Shown: one piece after another, positions 47,912-57,109 of the stretch
Numbering within the stretch: the first letter of the stretch is position 1
Layout: each line of letters begins with the position of its first letter
NCBI GenBank assembly: GCA_034180415.1
Contig: JAXFOK010000059.1
Coordinates: 31,772 to 95,771 of the forward strand
Reading direction: 5' to 3'
DNA from: Bdellovibrionota bacterium
GTDB lineage: Bacteria > Bdellovibrionota_C > UBA2361 > CAKMMH01
Length of the DNA: 64,000 nt
Position numbers and translations under genes: made by a program
The notes under the pieces: model-generated
Told to the model about the DNA's origin: nothing
What the model saw: only the letters and a program-made list of their open reading frames with translations
Databases searched by the model: none

Positions 47912-50125
47912 TTATTTTTTAGGTCTCTTAAAAGATGACACAGCACCTCTAATTCTAATCTTAGGACTTGACGATAATTTAAATTTTGTAGGTTCTTTGA
48001 CTTCCTTTACTTTTACTACATTTTCATTATTAATTTCTTGATTTTCTTCTTCTATAATTTTTTTATTTTCATTATCTTCATTTTCAGCGCTTTTATTATT
48101 ATCTTTAATTTGTAATCTACTAGAAACACTATCTTTAACTTTTATTCCACCAAAAATTTTATTTTTAAAATTCATACTAGAAAGATTAATTGACCTAGCA
48201 GAAACATTTTCTTCTGTTTTTGGCTTTGGTTTTGATTGCTTAGAATTCTTAGAACTTGAATATTGTGGTTTATCTGTTGATGGTTTTCGTGGTGAATCCT
48301 CATCATCTTCTAAATCTGCTTGTTCAATAGAATAGATTTTTGCATCAACCCATTCAGCAAGCCCGATTTCATCATTTTCAATTTTTTCAAATTGGTTAAT
48401 ATACTCTCTACCTTCCCAAGTTGGAGGAAGATCAGCATTAAACCAAAAAGAACGTCCTTTAACGATTTCACCATTTCCTAAATCAAAATATGCTAAACCT
48501 TTTTCAGCAGACATTTCATGCTTTAATTCCTCTGGGCTTACTAAATCTTTCTCAGCTTCACTTATACTAATATTTTGAGATTCACCACCTGTTTCTTTCA
48601 TTCCAAAAGCGCTACTTGCAACACTAGATGAAACACCACTACCTATCGATCTTTTAACTGCATTAATTTTTCCTATCCACTCTGCCATATCAGCTGCAGT
48701 TTGGTTATCACCTAGTCTCATCATAACTTTTAAGTTTACATTTGCCATCACACGCTCATAGAAAGATTGACTAAGTCCTAATGCTCCATCCATCAAACCA
48801 CCTGTAGATTGAGCCCCGAATAAAAGTGAAAAACGTCCTTTTCTTGCAAGCTCAAAAAGATTTGCCCAAGTAGGACCAAATGTTGACGATCCTTCATCAA
48901 TAATTACAAGATGTGGATCTTCAAGGTTGTGCTGTCTAGATGATGTGATTTCACCAATTGAAACCTCTAAGTCTTCTCTAAATAGTTTTACCATTCTTGC
49001 AGCACTTTCTGCGTCCTCAAGACGAGGAAGCATAAAGTAAATTAATTTTCCTCTTAAAATTGCATCTGTTAAATTTAAATCAGTGTAATTTGTACAGAAG
49101 ATTCCACCCATTGATGAGCTGCTTATCGCATGAAGCTCAGAAGAAATACCTCTTAAATTATCTGTAATTTTTGAAGTATCAAGAATCCCCTTTTTATCTC
49201 TATAACTTGCCGCCAAATGTCCAAGCTCTACTACTGCTTGTTTTGCACCAATTTTTTCAAGCATATTTTTTAAATGTGGATATGCTAAATTAAAAGCCGA
49301 AAGTGCCATCGCTACATCTTTTATAGACCAAGCAAGACCAAAACTCTCAAGCGCTCGTATCATTCTATTTATTGAGTCAGATGCTAATCTATCATAGTGT
49401 TTTGTTGCACTTTGATCAGATGTCGGAGGAAGTCCTGCACGAAGTACCTTTCTTGCTTTAACATCTGCTCTTTGATTTGTAAGAACAAAATTATATGAAT
49501 GAATAGTATCAAATGGATCTACAACAATTAAATCTTCAATTCGCCCAGTAATCAGTGCCATAAGAATAATATCAGCAAGTACACCCGAATCTCTTTTTGC
49601 GTCAATAAATGTAAATCCACTAGCTCTTCCTCTTGCCATTTGTTGAAGCATTAAAGACTCAAGCCATAATGTTTTACCAACGCCTGTTTTTGCGAACACA
49701 CATCCATGGCTACACATATCATTATCACTAAGCCACAACGGTTCACCCGAGTCTAAACTAAAACCTACTAAATACTTGTCAATAATTTTCTTGCCTTTAG
49801 CCCTTGCATCATTAAGTGCAATTTTAAAACAATCTCTCTGTGGCGGCATCCCTAGAACTGCCCTACCACCTCTTAATTCCATTTCATTTCTTCTGTCCTG
49901 TTCAATCATGTAGTCTTTTGCAAGCGATGAAACTATTAAACAATAAAAATATGTTGGAATCGCAGCGCCGAAAATAAATAATACAATTGCTGAAGCATCT
50001 GTCCATATAGGTAATATGACAAAAATAACCATTACAATAGTGGCAATCGTAGCTCTTCTTGTTAAGAGCTCTCTTTCTTGCTCTCGTCGTTCTTCATATG
50101 TTATTTTTTCATACTGTCTTGCCAT
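47912..50125 (-). CDS. Type IV coupling protein (VirD4/TraD/DotL family ATPase)
   Basis: It has two N-terminal TM helices and Walker A FAKTGVGKT preceded by GEPLWLSDNDMCSHG. A Walker B-like HLVIIDEG and LLFGAQS follow. The ~150-aa tail is K/E/S-rich. Confidence 0.85.
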   Translation of the reverse strand: MARQYEKITYEERREQERELLTRRATIATIVMVIFVILPIWTDASAIVLFIFGAAIPTYFYCLIVSSLAKDYMIEQDRRNEMELRGGRAVLGMPPQRDCFKIALNDARAKGKKIIDKYLVGFSLDSGEPLWLSDNDMCSHGCVFAKTGVGKTLWLESLMLQQMARGRASGFTFIDAKRDSGVLADIILMALITGRIEDLIVVDPFDTIHSYNFVLTNQRADVKARKVLRAGLPPTSDQSATKHYDRLASDSINRMIRALESFGLAWSIKDVAMALSAFNLAYPHLKNMLEKIGAKQAVVELGHLAASYRDKKGILDTSKITDNLRGISSELHAISSSSMGGIFCTNYTDLNLTDAILRGKLIYFMLPRLEDAESAARMVKLFREDLEVSIGEITSSRQHNLEDPHLVIIDEGSSTFGPTWANLFELARKGRFSLLFGAQSTGGLMDGALGLSQSFYERVMANVNLKVMMRLGDNQTAADMAEWIGKINAVKRSIGSGVSSSVASSAFGMKETGGESQNISISEAEKDLVSPEELKHEMSAEKGLAYFDLGNGEIVKGRSFWFNADLPPTWEGREYINQFEKIENDEIGLAEWVDAKIYSIEQADLEDDEDSPRKPSTDKPQYSSSKNSKQSKPKPKTEENVSARSINLSSMNFKNKIFGGIKVKDSVSSRLQIKDNNKSAENEDNENKKIIEEENQEINNENVVKVKEVKEPTKFKLSSSPKIRIRGAVSSFKRPKK

Positions 50126-50149
50126 TGATTAAAACTCCAACCTATACTT

Positions 50150-52018
50150 TTATTTATCTCCTTCTTCTAATTTCATTGCAGTAGCCTTTGTGATTTTAAC
50201 CTTCTTGACTTTTTCTATAGATTCACTCCATCTTTCACCTAGATAATCAACAAGTTTAGAAGTCCTAAATAATACTAAACCACTTACATCTTTTATTTCA
50301 TTTTCTTCAGTTAGAAATTTACAATCGATTACCGCGCTATAAGGAACATATCTATCGGATACTCTTTTACCTAACCAACTAAATGCATTTAAACATGAAC
50401 GTAAATTTTGCCAAATTATAACATCATCTAGCTTCGGTAAATATTTTGAAATTTCATCTTTTGTATTTTGAGAAAACTCTTTTAAAAATGAATTATTATC
50501 ATCTGATAGCTTTTTCTGCTCTATTTGTGAAACTAAATTATCAGCCTCTCTTTTGTTATAAACTCTCTTAATAAGATCTGAAAGTTCAAACAAATCATTT
50601 TTTATAGAATCACTTAAAAGAGAATATATGACTTCCAATTTTGCAAATAATTGCCCACCTTCTGTGACAAAAAAGTTTCCTTGCAAGTCATCAGAATTTT
50701 CAATATATTGCACAAATAATCTTGTCCAAGCTTTATGAATTTCCGTTGATTTTGCAAAAAATTGCAATTCATCAATTATAGAGTCTGCATTGTTAAAATG
50801 TAATATTAATTCAAGCCATTGCCTTAATGTATAAGACTGTGTATTCATCTTTAGTGGCATTCTAATTTCTAAGAAATCACTCTTTCTTTCCGCAAAAACT
50901 AAAGCCTTACGTATCATCTCTCTTTCATCAAAATCATATTCATCTCCATAATAAGGAGATGAATGTAAGATTGCACGAGCGCAAAGATGTGGATAATTAG
51001 ATTGCATTGTCCATCTATCATTTGAAATATGTTCATAAGCTAATATTCTACCAGTTTCTAGAGCCATAATAGCAGTAGCAATATTTTTAGGTACTATATT
51101 TTTAAGTTCCTTTTTCATATTTTTAGTTAAACACAGTACCATATTTTCTTTTCGTTTATCATTTTTTGTATCGATATCATTTTCACTAGTAATTTCTTGC
51201 TGAATTTCAAAAGCATTTATAAGAAACTCGTATGTATCTTCAAATAAGTTTCCCGAGCCGATTCCATCGTTAATAAAAGTTGGATAATTGTAATAGTGTA
51301 AAATTATAGATGCTAAATACTTATTTGTTTCATTTTCAGCACCATATTTCTCTAATAAAGTACAAAACGCAGATTTTTTATAAATTTCCTCATTTACTTG
51401 AGATAAACATGTTAGTCCAGTTATATGAAGAGTAGGATTTCCATTTTTATCGCATTTTTTTATACCAGCTCTTACACCTGAAAAGAACATTCTACCGTTT
51501 CCAGCAATTCCTAAAATATCTCTTGCTTTATATGGTTTTACTTTCTTAATTGATTTAATAAAAGCATAAATTACAGCTATTAACCAAACTTTCCATGATG
51601 CTAGTATCACAAACACTAATTGCATAATAGAATTTGAAAATATTACAAATAAAGATATAAGAACATTTGACGAAGGAAACGCTTCACAAACAGAAATAAA
51701 CAATTTAAAAACAAATAACGAAACTAATAAAAAGAAAGTACACTCCCCACTTGTACCAAATGCTGAAAGAAAATCGTGGTATTTATAATAAGTATTTACA
51801 ACAGAAATATTATTATCAATGCTAATAATTTTTTCAGTGTAGCTTACAATCTTTTCATTAACAAAAACATTATTAGAAAAGAGAGGTAATAATTGAATTA
51901 AAGCAATAAGAATAACAAATACAACCCAGGCTATCTGTGAGTAGTTCTTAGCTTTTTCCTCATTCATTAGTGAGGCTAAATCTTTTGTGTCTGCATCATA
52001 TTTAATATTCTTAACCAT
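50150..52018 (-). CDS. 4-TM membrane protein with ~460-aa cytoplasmic helical domain, co-transcribed upstream of the T4CP
   Basis: Four hydrophobic helices lie within residues ~29-155. I see no recognisable catalytic motif. The stop is 25 nt before the T4CP start. Confidence 0.6.
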   Translation of the reverse strand: MVKNIKYDADTKDLASLMNEEKAKNYSQIAWVVFVILIALIQLLPLFSNNVFVNEKIVSYTEKIISIDNNISVVNTYYKYHDFLSAFGTSGECTFFLLVSLFVFKLFISVCEAFPSSNVLISLFVIFSNSIMQLVFVILASWKVWLIAVIYAFIKSIKKVKPYKARDILGIAGNGRMFFSGVRAGIKKCDKNGNPTLHITGLTCLSQVNEEIYKKSAFCTLLEKYGAENETNKYLASIILHYYNYPTFINDGIGSGNLFEDTYEFLINAFEIQQEITSENDIDTKNDKRKENMVLCLTKNMKKELKNIVPKNIATAIMALETGRILAYEHISNDRWTMQSNYPHLCARAILHSSPYYGDEYDFDEREMIRKALVFAERKSDFLEIRMPLKMNTQSYTLRQWLELILHFNNADSIIDELQFFAKSTEIHKAWTRLFVQYIENSDDLQGNFFVTEGGQLFAKLEVIYSLLSDSIKNDLFELSDLIKRVYNKREADNLVSQIEQKKLSDDNNSFLKEFSQNTKDEISKYLPKLDDVIIWQNLRSCLNAFSWLGKRVSDRYVPYSAVIDCKFLTEENEIKDVSGLVLFRTSKLVDYLGERWSESIEKVKKVKITKATAMKLEEGDK

Positions 52019-52129
52019 AAAAAAACTTAAAAACTAAATAAATTTTAAAATTAAATTAATATGATTGTTACTTATGTGGAGCATATAGCGCTTCGGTATA
52101 AAATGGTAATCAAAATTATAAAATATTAA

Positions 52130-52152
52130 ATTGCTTAGAATTTTCAAGCAAT
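52130..52152. promoter_or_regulatory. Inverted repeat in the divergent T4SS control region
   Basis: The repeat is ATTGCTT-agaattttc-AAGCAAT, inside the 558-bp spacer between the two T4SS operons. Confidence 0.25.
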
Positions 52153-52576
52153 TCTCCTTATAGTTATGACCAATACCTACGTATATATCACATAAATTTA
52201 TCACAAATTACTATCTTTTATCAAAAATAATTTCAAAATCTTGTATACTGTATCGGATTTTTATAAAATAAAATAAATAGTAAAGCATGTCCTAAAGTTT
52301 ATTTTTTTAATGTTTTGAAGCTAAAAATTTACTTAATAATTTCAACAGGTTACCAAGACTGCTAATTCGTATAAATATAATTACTATTTAATTTAATATA
52401 TTAGAATAAATTTGTAAAAAAATTGAAGCAAAAATGTACGTTATCATGATATGCAATCGGTAGAATTTTAACTAAATTTTATCAAGGTTTTTTATTAAAG
52501 GACCGAAGTTACACTATGAGTTGATTTATGATATGATACATAGCCAACTTAAAATGCAAGAAGGAGATATATATAT

Positions 52577-52927
52577 ATGAAACTAACTAAGGTATTTTAC
52601 TTACTAGTTATTTGTATTCTTTTATTTTCAATAACCGCATCAGCACAAGACACGCCATTTATCGAGCAAGCAACTGATGCACAAGTTAAAAAAGCTCAAG
52701 GACATTACGCGAGAGCACGTTCCCTACTAATAGCAGCAATAAATGAATTTGACAGAGCAACTAGTGTTGCTAACCCTGAGTCTTTGTTAGATGTTAGCAG
52801 ATTTAGAACTACTTTAATTGATAGGGCTGAAGAGCTAGAAAGAATTTTAGACCCTCAGCCTAGAACATCAAAAGAAGGAGTACGTTTTTCCCCTGATACT
52901 AGATTATTAGGTGAGGCAGTTAATTAA
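52577..52927 (+). CDS. Small secreted helical protein, possibly RAQPRD-family-like (ICE-associated)
   Basis: AGGAG RBS. The signal peptide is LLFSITASA/QD. A C-proximal ILDPQPRTSKEG recalls the RAQPRD motif. It is the first gene of the Tra-like operon. Confidence 0.45.
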   Translation: MKLTKVFYLLVICILLFSITASAQDTPFIEQATDAQVKKAQGHYARARSLLIAAINEFDRATSVANPESLLDVSRFRTTLIDRAEELERILDPQPRTSKEGVRFSPDTRLLGEAVN

Positions 52928-52953
52928 TTGTATTTTATTTTTTAGGAGTTTTA

Positions 52954-53367
52954 ATGGATAATGGTGACGTTATTCCTAATTTAGATGCCCCTTGGGATTT
53001 CTTATCAACAAGAATACAAGAGTGGATCATTGGAGCAATAGTCGGTTTAATTGTAAATGAATTATTTTTTACAAGTGCCGCTAGTTCTATGCCATTTATC
53101 TTCATTACGATTGTGCTAACAGCATATGGATTAAGTTGTGCAAGAAGAAAGTTTGCTGATGGTTCACGTGGTTTTGTAAATTACTGCTGCGTGAAAATGG
53201 GAATCATACCTCCAGGAATTCCAGCTCCTAGTGAGCTACAACCTGTTTGGAGCGGTGCACCTATGAGAAGAATAAAAAGTGATACATTATACATGCAACT
53301 TGGCTTTGATGAATTCTTTTTGGAAAGAAAAGAGGAAAAATTAAAACAACAAGAAGGAAGGTTATAA
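52954..53367 (+). CDS. TraL-like (VirB3-analogous) small inner-membrane protein
   Basis: AGGAG RBS. The N-terminal IPNLDAPWDFLSTRIQEW is followed by two TM helices and a Pro-rich GIIPPGIPAPSELQPVW. It sits immediately before the TraE-like gene. Confidence 0.5.
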   Translation: MDNGDVIPNLDAPWDFLSTRIQEWIIGAIVGLIVNELFFTSAASSMPFIFITIVLTAYGLSCARRKFADGSRGFVNYCCVKMGIIPPGIPAPSELQPVWSGAPMRRIKSDTLYMQLGFDEFFLERKEEKLKQQEGRL

Positions 53368-54027
53368 ATGGTTAACTTAAGAGAAACTGGAAAAAACGTT
53401 TTAAATAACACAAATATTAATGAATATAAACGTGGTGATGATACCATAAGAATATGGGAAGGCTACAGACAACAGGCCGTCATGTGGCGTGCGCTGTCAA
53501 TTATGCAATTACTAGCTACTACTGCAGTTTCAATTCTGTGTATTATTTTATGGCAGACAAGACAAGTCGTTTTAAATGTTCCTCAACGCCCAGTTCCTGG
53601 ACAATATAACACTCAAGAAATACCAGATGCCGATTTAATAGAAGCAGCAACTACATTTGTAAATTTAATTGCTACATTTCAACCTTATACAGCTAAAGCA
53701 CAATTTGAACGTGCTGGCGCATATGTACATGATGAATATTACCAAAAATTTACTGATGAGACTTTAGGAAGTGAACTTAAAGCTATTATACAGACTTCTC
53801 TTTCTCAAGTGTTTTATATAGATCCATCAAAAACAACGGTTGAGAGAAATAAAAACAACACTGTAATAGTTCATCTATACGGTGTTAGGCATAAATATAT
53901 TAGTGGTGAAGAAAGAGAACCAGTTAAATCTATGTATGAAGTTTTCCTAACGACTCTTCCAAGAAATGAGTTAAACCCATTGGGGATTGTCGTATATGAT
54001 AGTAACTTACAGATTATAGAAAATTAA
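53368..54027 (+). CDS. TraE/VirB8-like bitopic protein
   Basis: It is translationally coupled (TAAATG). It has a single TM helix (LLATTAVSILCIILW) and a ~150-aa periplasmic domain. That domain has the pattern PDADLIEAATTFVNLIATF...SLSQVFY, which parallels F TraE. Confidence 0.6.
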   Translation: MVNLRETGKNVLNNTNINEYKRGDDTIRIWEGYRQQAVMWRALSIMQLLATTAVSILCIILWQTRQVVLNVPQRPVPGQYNTQEIPDADLIEAATTFVNLIATFQPYTAKAQFERAGAYVHDEYYQKFTDETLGSELKAIIQTSLSQVFYIDPSKTTVERNKNNTVIVHLYGVRHKYISGEEREPVKSMYEVFLTTLPRNELNPLGIVVYDSNLQIIEN

Positions 54028-54048
54028 ATTAATTAAAGAGAATTAACT

Positions 54049-54864
54049 ATGAAAAAAATGACTATGAAAAGAAACATAAAATTATTTAAAACATCATTTA
54101 TTGCATTATGTGCTATCTTATTGATAACAAATTTTGCCTTTGCTAGAGATGTTGAATATAAAGGAACAGAGCTTGATGTCTTTGTATCACCTGGTGAACC
54201 AACGCAAGTACAATTTCCTTCAAAAGTATTAGGTGGATTTAAAAAGAAACTTTCTGCAATATCACTTGATAAAAAAGGATATGATTTAGTTATTTTTGCA
54301 ACTGAACAGCTAACAGAAACTGGCGAATCAATGATTATACGTCTTGATGATGGACGCTCTTATACATTAAGAGTAAAAAAAGCAAATGCAACAAATAAAG
54401 ACACTCTTGTAAGAATTATTGATAAGAGTCAATCAATTTTGACAAGCTCTGGAGCAGAGATTGATGAAAGCGATAATGTAAAAGATCCTCAATTAACTTT
54501 TGCACCTCCTACACAAGTTTCAGGATTAATGAGAGAAATGATTTTAGCGTCTGAATTTGGAAAAGGTGCAATTAACGGATATCGTGCAACAGATAAATAT
54601 AGAGGTGAGACTGTAATAAACGATGGCGCGATTCATGCAACAATTGATACGATTTTCATAGGGACTAATCTTTGGGGCTATGTGCTAGATGTTAAAAATC
54701 TTCTAGATGTATCTCAAAAGCTTAATCCTGCGACCTTTAGACTTGATGGCACACGGGCAATTTCTTTTGAAAAATGGGAATTATCCCCTCAACCATTAAA
54801 TATTGAAGAGCAAATAGCTAAAGGACATAAAACTAAGGTTTATATTGTAACTAGGGCTAGATAA
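54049..54864 (+). CDS. TraK/VirB9-like outer-membrane-complex protein
   Basis: It has a signal peptide. The C-terminal GTNLWGYVLDVKNL...GTRAISFEKW...KVYIVTRA resembles the TraK C-terminus. Confidence 0.6.
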   Translation: MKKMTMKRNIKLFKTSFIALCAILLITNFAFARDVEYKGTELDVFVSPGEPTQVQFPSKVLGGFKKKLSAISLDKKGYDLVIFATEQLTETGESMIIRLDDGRSYTLRVKKANATNKDTLVRIIDKSQSILTSSGAEIDESDNVKDPQLTFAPPTQVSGLMREMILASEFGKGAINGYRATDKYRGETVINDGAIHATIDTIFIGTNLWGYVLDVKNLLDVSQKLNPATFRLDGTRAISFEKWELSPQPLNIEEQIAKGHKTKVYIVTRAR

Positions 54865-54910
54865 AAGATACTAAAAAGGAAAAAGTTTTTAATTTAAAGG
54901 GTAAGAAAAA

Positions 54911-56104
54911 ATGGCTCGAAAGACAGATGATATAAAAATGATGGTAACGAAAGACAGAAAAACACAAATGACCATAATAGGTGTAGGTGTTTTTCTGGTT
55001 ATAGGCCTTATGGTGTTTCTTACGAGTGCAGATAAATATAAGACTAAGCGTATGACCACAACACGTACATCTACAAAAACTGTGACACCAAAAGATGAAC
55101 ATTTAGATGATTTTGTAAAAAGCTTTAAATCAGATTTAACACAACTTCAAAAAGATCAAGTAGAAGCACAAAAAGAAATGAAAGAATTAGGAAACAGATT
55201 AGATGTATACGAAAGAAGAACCTCAGATATCTTCAAAAAAATCTTAGAAAAAATTGCGGATATTGAAGTTGGAAGTGGCGGTAATGGTTACGATGTAAAT
55301 AACACTTCTGTCGTATCTGATGATTTAATGTTGGAAGATCAAGATAATGTTGATAATAACGGCGAGGGAGAAGGACAAGATCAGTTAGAATCATTCTTTG
55401 ATGAAAAAGAAAATGTTAAGCCTGTTCAAAAAGAAATTAAAAAGAAAGTCGCATTTGTAGCTCCAGGAGACACCGTAAGGGTAAAACTTCTAGGAGGTGT
55501 TAACGCGCCAACAGATGGTACTCCATATCCTGTGATTTTCAAATTAATTTCTCACGTAGCAGGTCCTGACAACTCTCAACTTCCTCTTGGCGAAGCAAGA
55601 CTTATTGCCGCCGCTCAAGGTTCAATTGTAGATCAAAGAGCTTTATTTAGATTAACTAAATTAAGTATAAGATTACCAAATGGTGAAAGAAAGGTAGTTT
55701 CAGTAGATGGTTGGATCGTCGGTGAGGATGGTATTAGAGGATTAAAAGGCATTCTTATTGACCCTATCGGTAAAGCAATTACAGGAGGTTTAATGATAGG
55801 AGGTCTGGCTGGAGCTGGTGAAGCAATCTCTGATGCTAATTCAACCGTTCTTCACAATTACGATAGCGATCAAAGAATTATTACTGGAGATACCGGAAGA
55901 TACGCTTTAGGTGAAGGCTTAAGTAAAGGCTCTGAGGTATGGTCAGAAGTATTAAGAGATAGATTAAAAGAAATGGTTCCTGTAGTTCAAATTCTTTCAG
56001 GTAGAGAAGCTACTGCTACTTTTGCAAATGAAGTAACAATAGAAGATTTATATGAACAATTAGAAGATGAAAACGGTTATGACCAATTTAATGGTATGGA
56101 TTAA
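54911..56104 (+). CDS. TraB/VirB10-like protein
   Basis: It has a TM helix (IIGVGVFLVIGLMVFL), a coiled coil and an acidic linker. The C-terminal VKLLGGVNAPTDG...LGEARLIAAAQG...VDGWIVGEDGIRGLKG is typical of F-type TraB. Confidence 0.7.
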   Translation: MARKTDDIKMMVTKDRKTQMTIIGVGVFLVIGLMVFLTSADKYKTKRMTTTRTSTKTVTPKDEHLDDFVKSFKSDLTQLQKDQVEAQKEMKELGNRLDVYERRTSDIFKKILEKIADIEVGSGGNGYDVNNTSVVSDDLMLEDQDNVDNNGEGEGQDQLESFFDEKENVKPVQKEIKKKVAFVAPGDTVRVKLLGGVNAPTDGTPYPVIFKLISHVAGPDNSQLPLGEARLIAAAQGSIVDQRALFRLTKLSIRLPNGERKVVSVDGWIVGEDGIRGLKGILIDPIGKAITGGLMIGGLAGAGEAISDANSTVLHNYDSDQRIITGDTGRYALGEGLSKGSEVWSEVLRDRLKEMVPVVQILSGREATATFANEVTIEDLYEQLEDENGYDQFNGMD

Positions 56105-56128
56105 TTTTTATTAGGAGTTTACTTTATA

Positions 56129-56584
56129 ATGAAAACAATTATTAAGAAATTTTTATTAATTACTTTTTTAAGCATGTGTCTTAGTGGTTGCTATGCACTT
56201 CAAAATATTTTTAATCCATTTTACGAACCGCCAACAGAACATGCGCTAAAAGGTGAACTTAACGACCGCGCTATTCAAGAAGGCACTACAAGTCTAGGTA
56301 GTAGTGCAAGAGATGCTCTTGAAAATATTGCTTCATACCAAAGAGCTCATTTACCTCAACCAAACAACCCAGTAATGCAACCAGCCGTTGTAAGACTTAT
56401 GTGGATTCCAGATCATTTAAACAATAGTGGTGATTTAATTCCTGCACACTATTATTACCTAAAAGTATTAAATGAAAGATGGGCAGTAACTGACGCTTTT
56501 GATTTAGAAAAACAATTAGGTAGTGGAAGTAAAGATACGTCTAGTATCCCTTATGTAAGTCAAACGCAAAAAAATAGGTTCTAA
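56129..56584 (+). CDS. TraV-like lipoprotein
   Basis: It has the lipobox LSGC. The C-terminal VRLMWIPDHLNNSGDLIPAHYYYLKVLNERW parallels the TraV W-x-P...G...W tail. Confidence 0.5.
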   Translation: MKTIIKKFLLITFLSMCLSGCYALQNIFNPFYEPPTEHALKGELNDRAIQEGTTSLGSSARDALENIASYQRAHLPQPNNPVMQPAVVRLMWIPDHLNNSGDLIPAHYYYLKVLNERWAVTDAFDLEKQLGSGSKDTSSIPYVSQTQKNRF

Positions 56585-56587
56585 ATT

Positions 56588-57049
56588 ATGAAAAATTTTA
56601 ATATGAAACTTTTTATATTAATTATTGTTATGTTATCAATGTCAGGGTGCCACTATAAATATACTGGCACAAATAGTACCCTTGATAGACGTGTTCATAT
56701 TTTTGCTGTTAGGCAATCACCTCTTCCACCTACATATAATAGAATACGAACTGTACACTTAGCTGAGCCTCTTCCAAGTAGAGATAACCATCCTGTTTCA
56801 AATAGAATTATTACTCCTGTTTTTCAATTTGAAGCAGAAAATTCTACATTTGATGAAGTTGCTCTAATTTTAGCAAATACTGCAAAATATTCTGCTCATT
56901 GTGATCCAGATATTGCAAATAAAAAAGTTTCAATTATAACTCTAGGTACTATCGATGAGATAGCAAAAGAGATTGAAAATGAAACAGGTATTACAGTTAA
57001 CATAGATCATAAAAATAAAGAGGTTAGATTTTTAGGTAGTAAAAAATAA
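56588..57049 (+). CDS. Lipoprotein with secretin-N0/TcpQ-PilL/DotD-like C-terminal domain
   Basis: It has the lipobox MSGC. The C-terminal FEAENSTFDEVALILANTAKY...VSIITLGTIDEIAKEIENETGITVNID has a beta-alpha-beta N0-like pattern. Confidence 0.4.
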   Translation: MKNFNMKLFILIIVMLSMSGCHYKYTGTNSTLDRRVHIFAVRQSPLPPTYNRIRTVHLAEPLPSRDNHPVSNRIITPVFQFEAENSTFDEVALILANTAKYSAHCDPDIANKKVSIITLGTIDEIAKEIENETGITVNIDHKNKEVRFLGSKK

Positions 57050-57109
57050 TGCTGTTAGCAATTAATTTTATAATTATGTAGGTTAAACGAGATTAGGAGA
57101 ATTTATATT

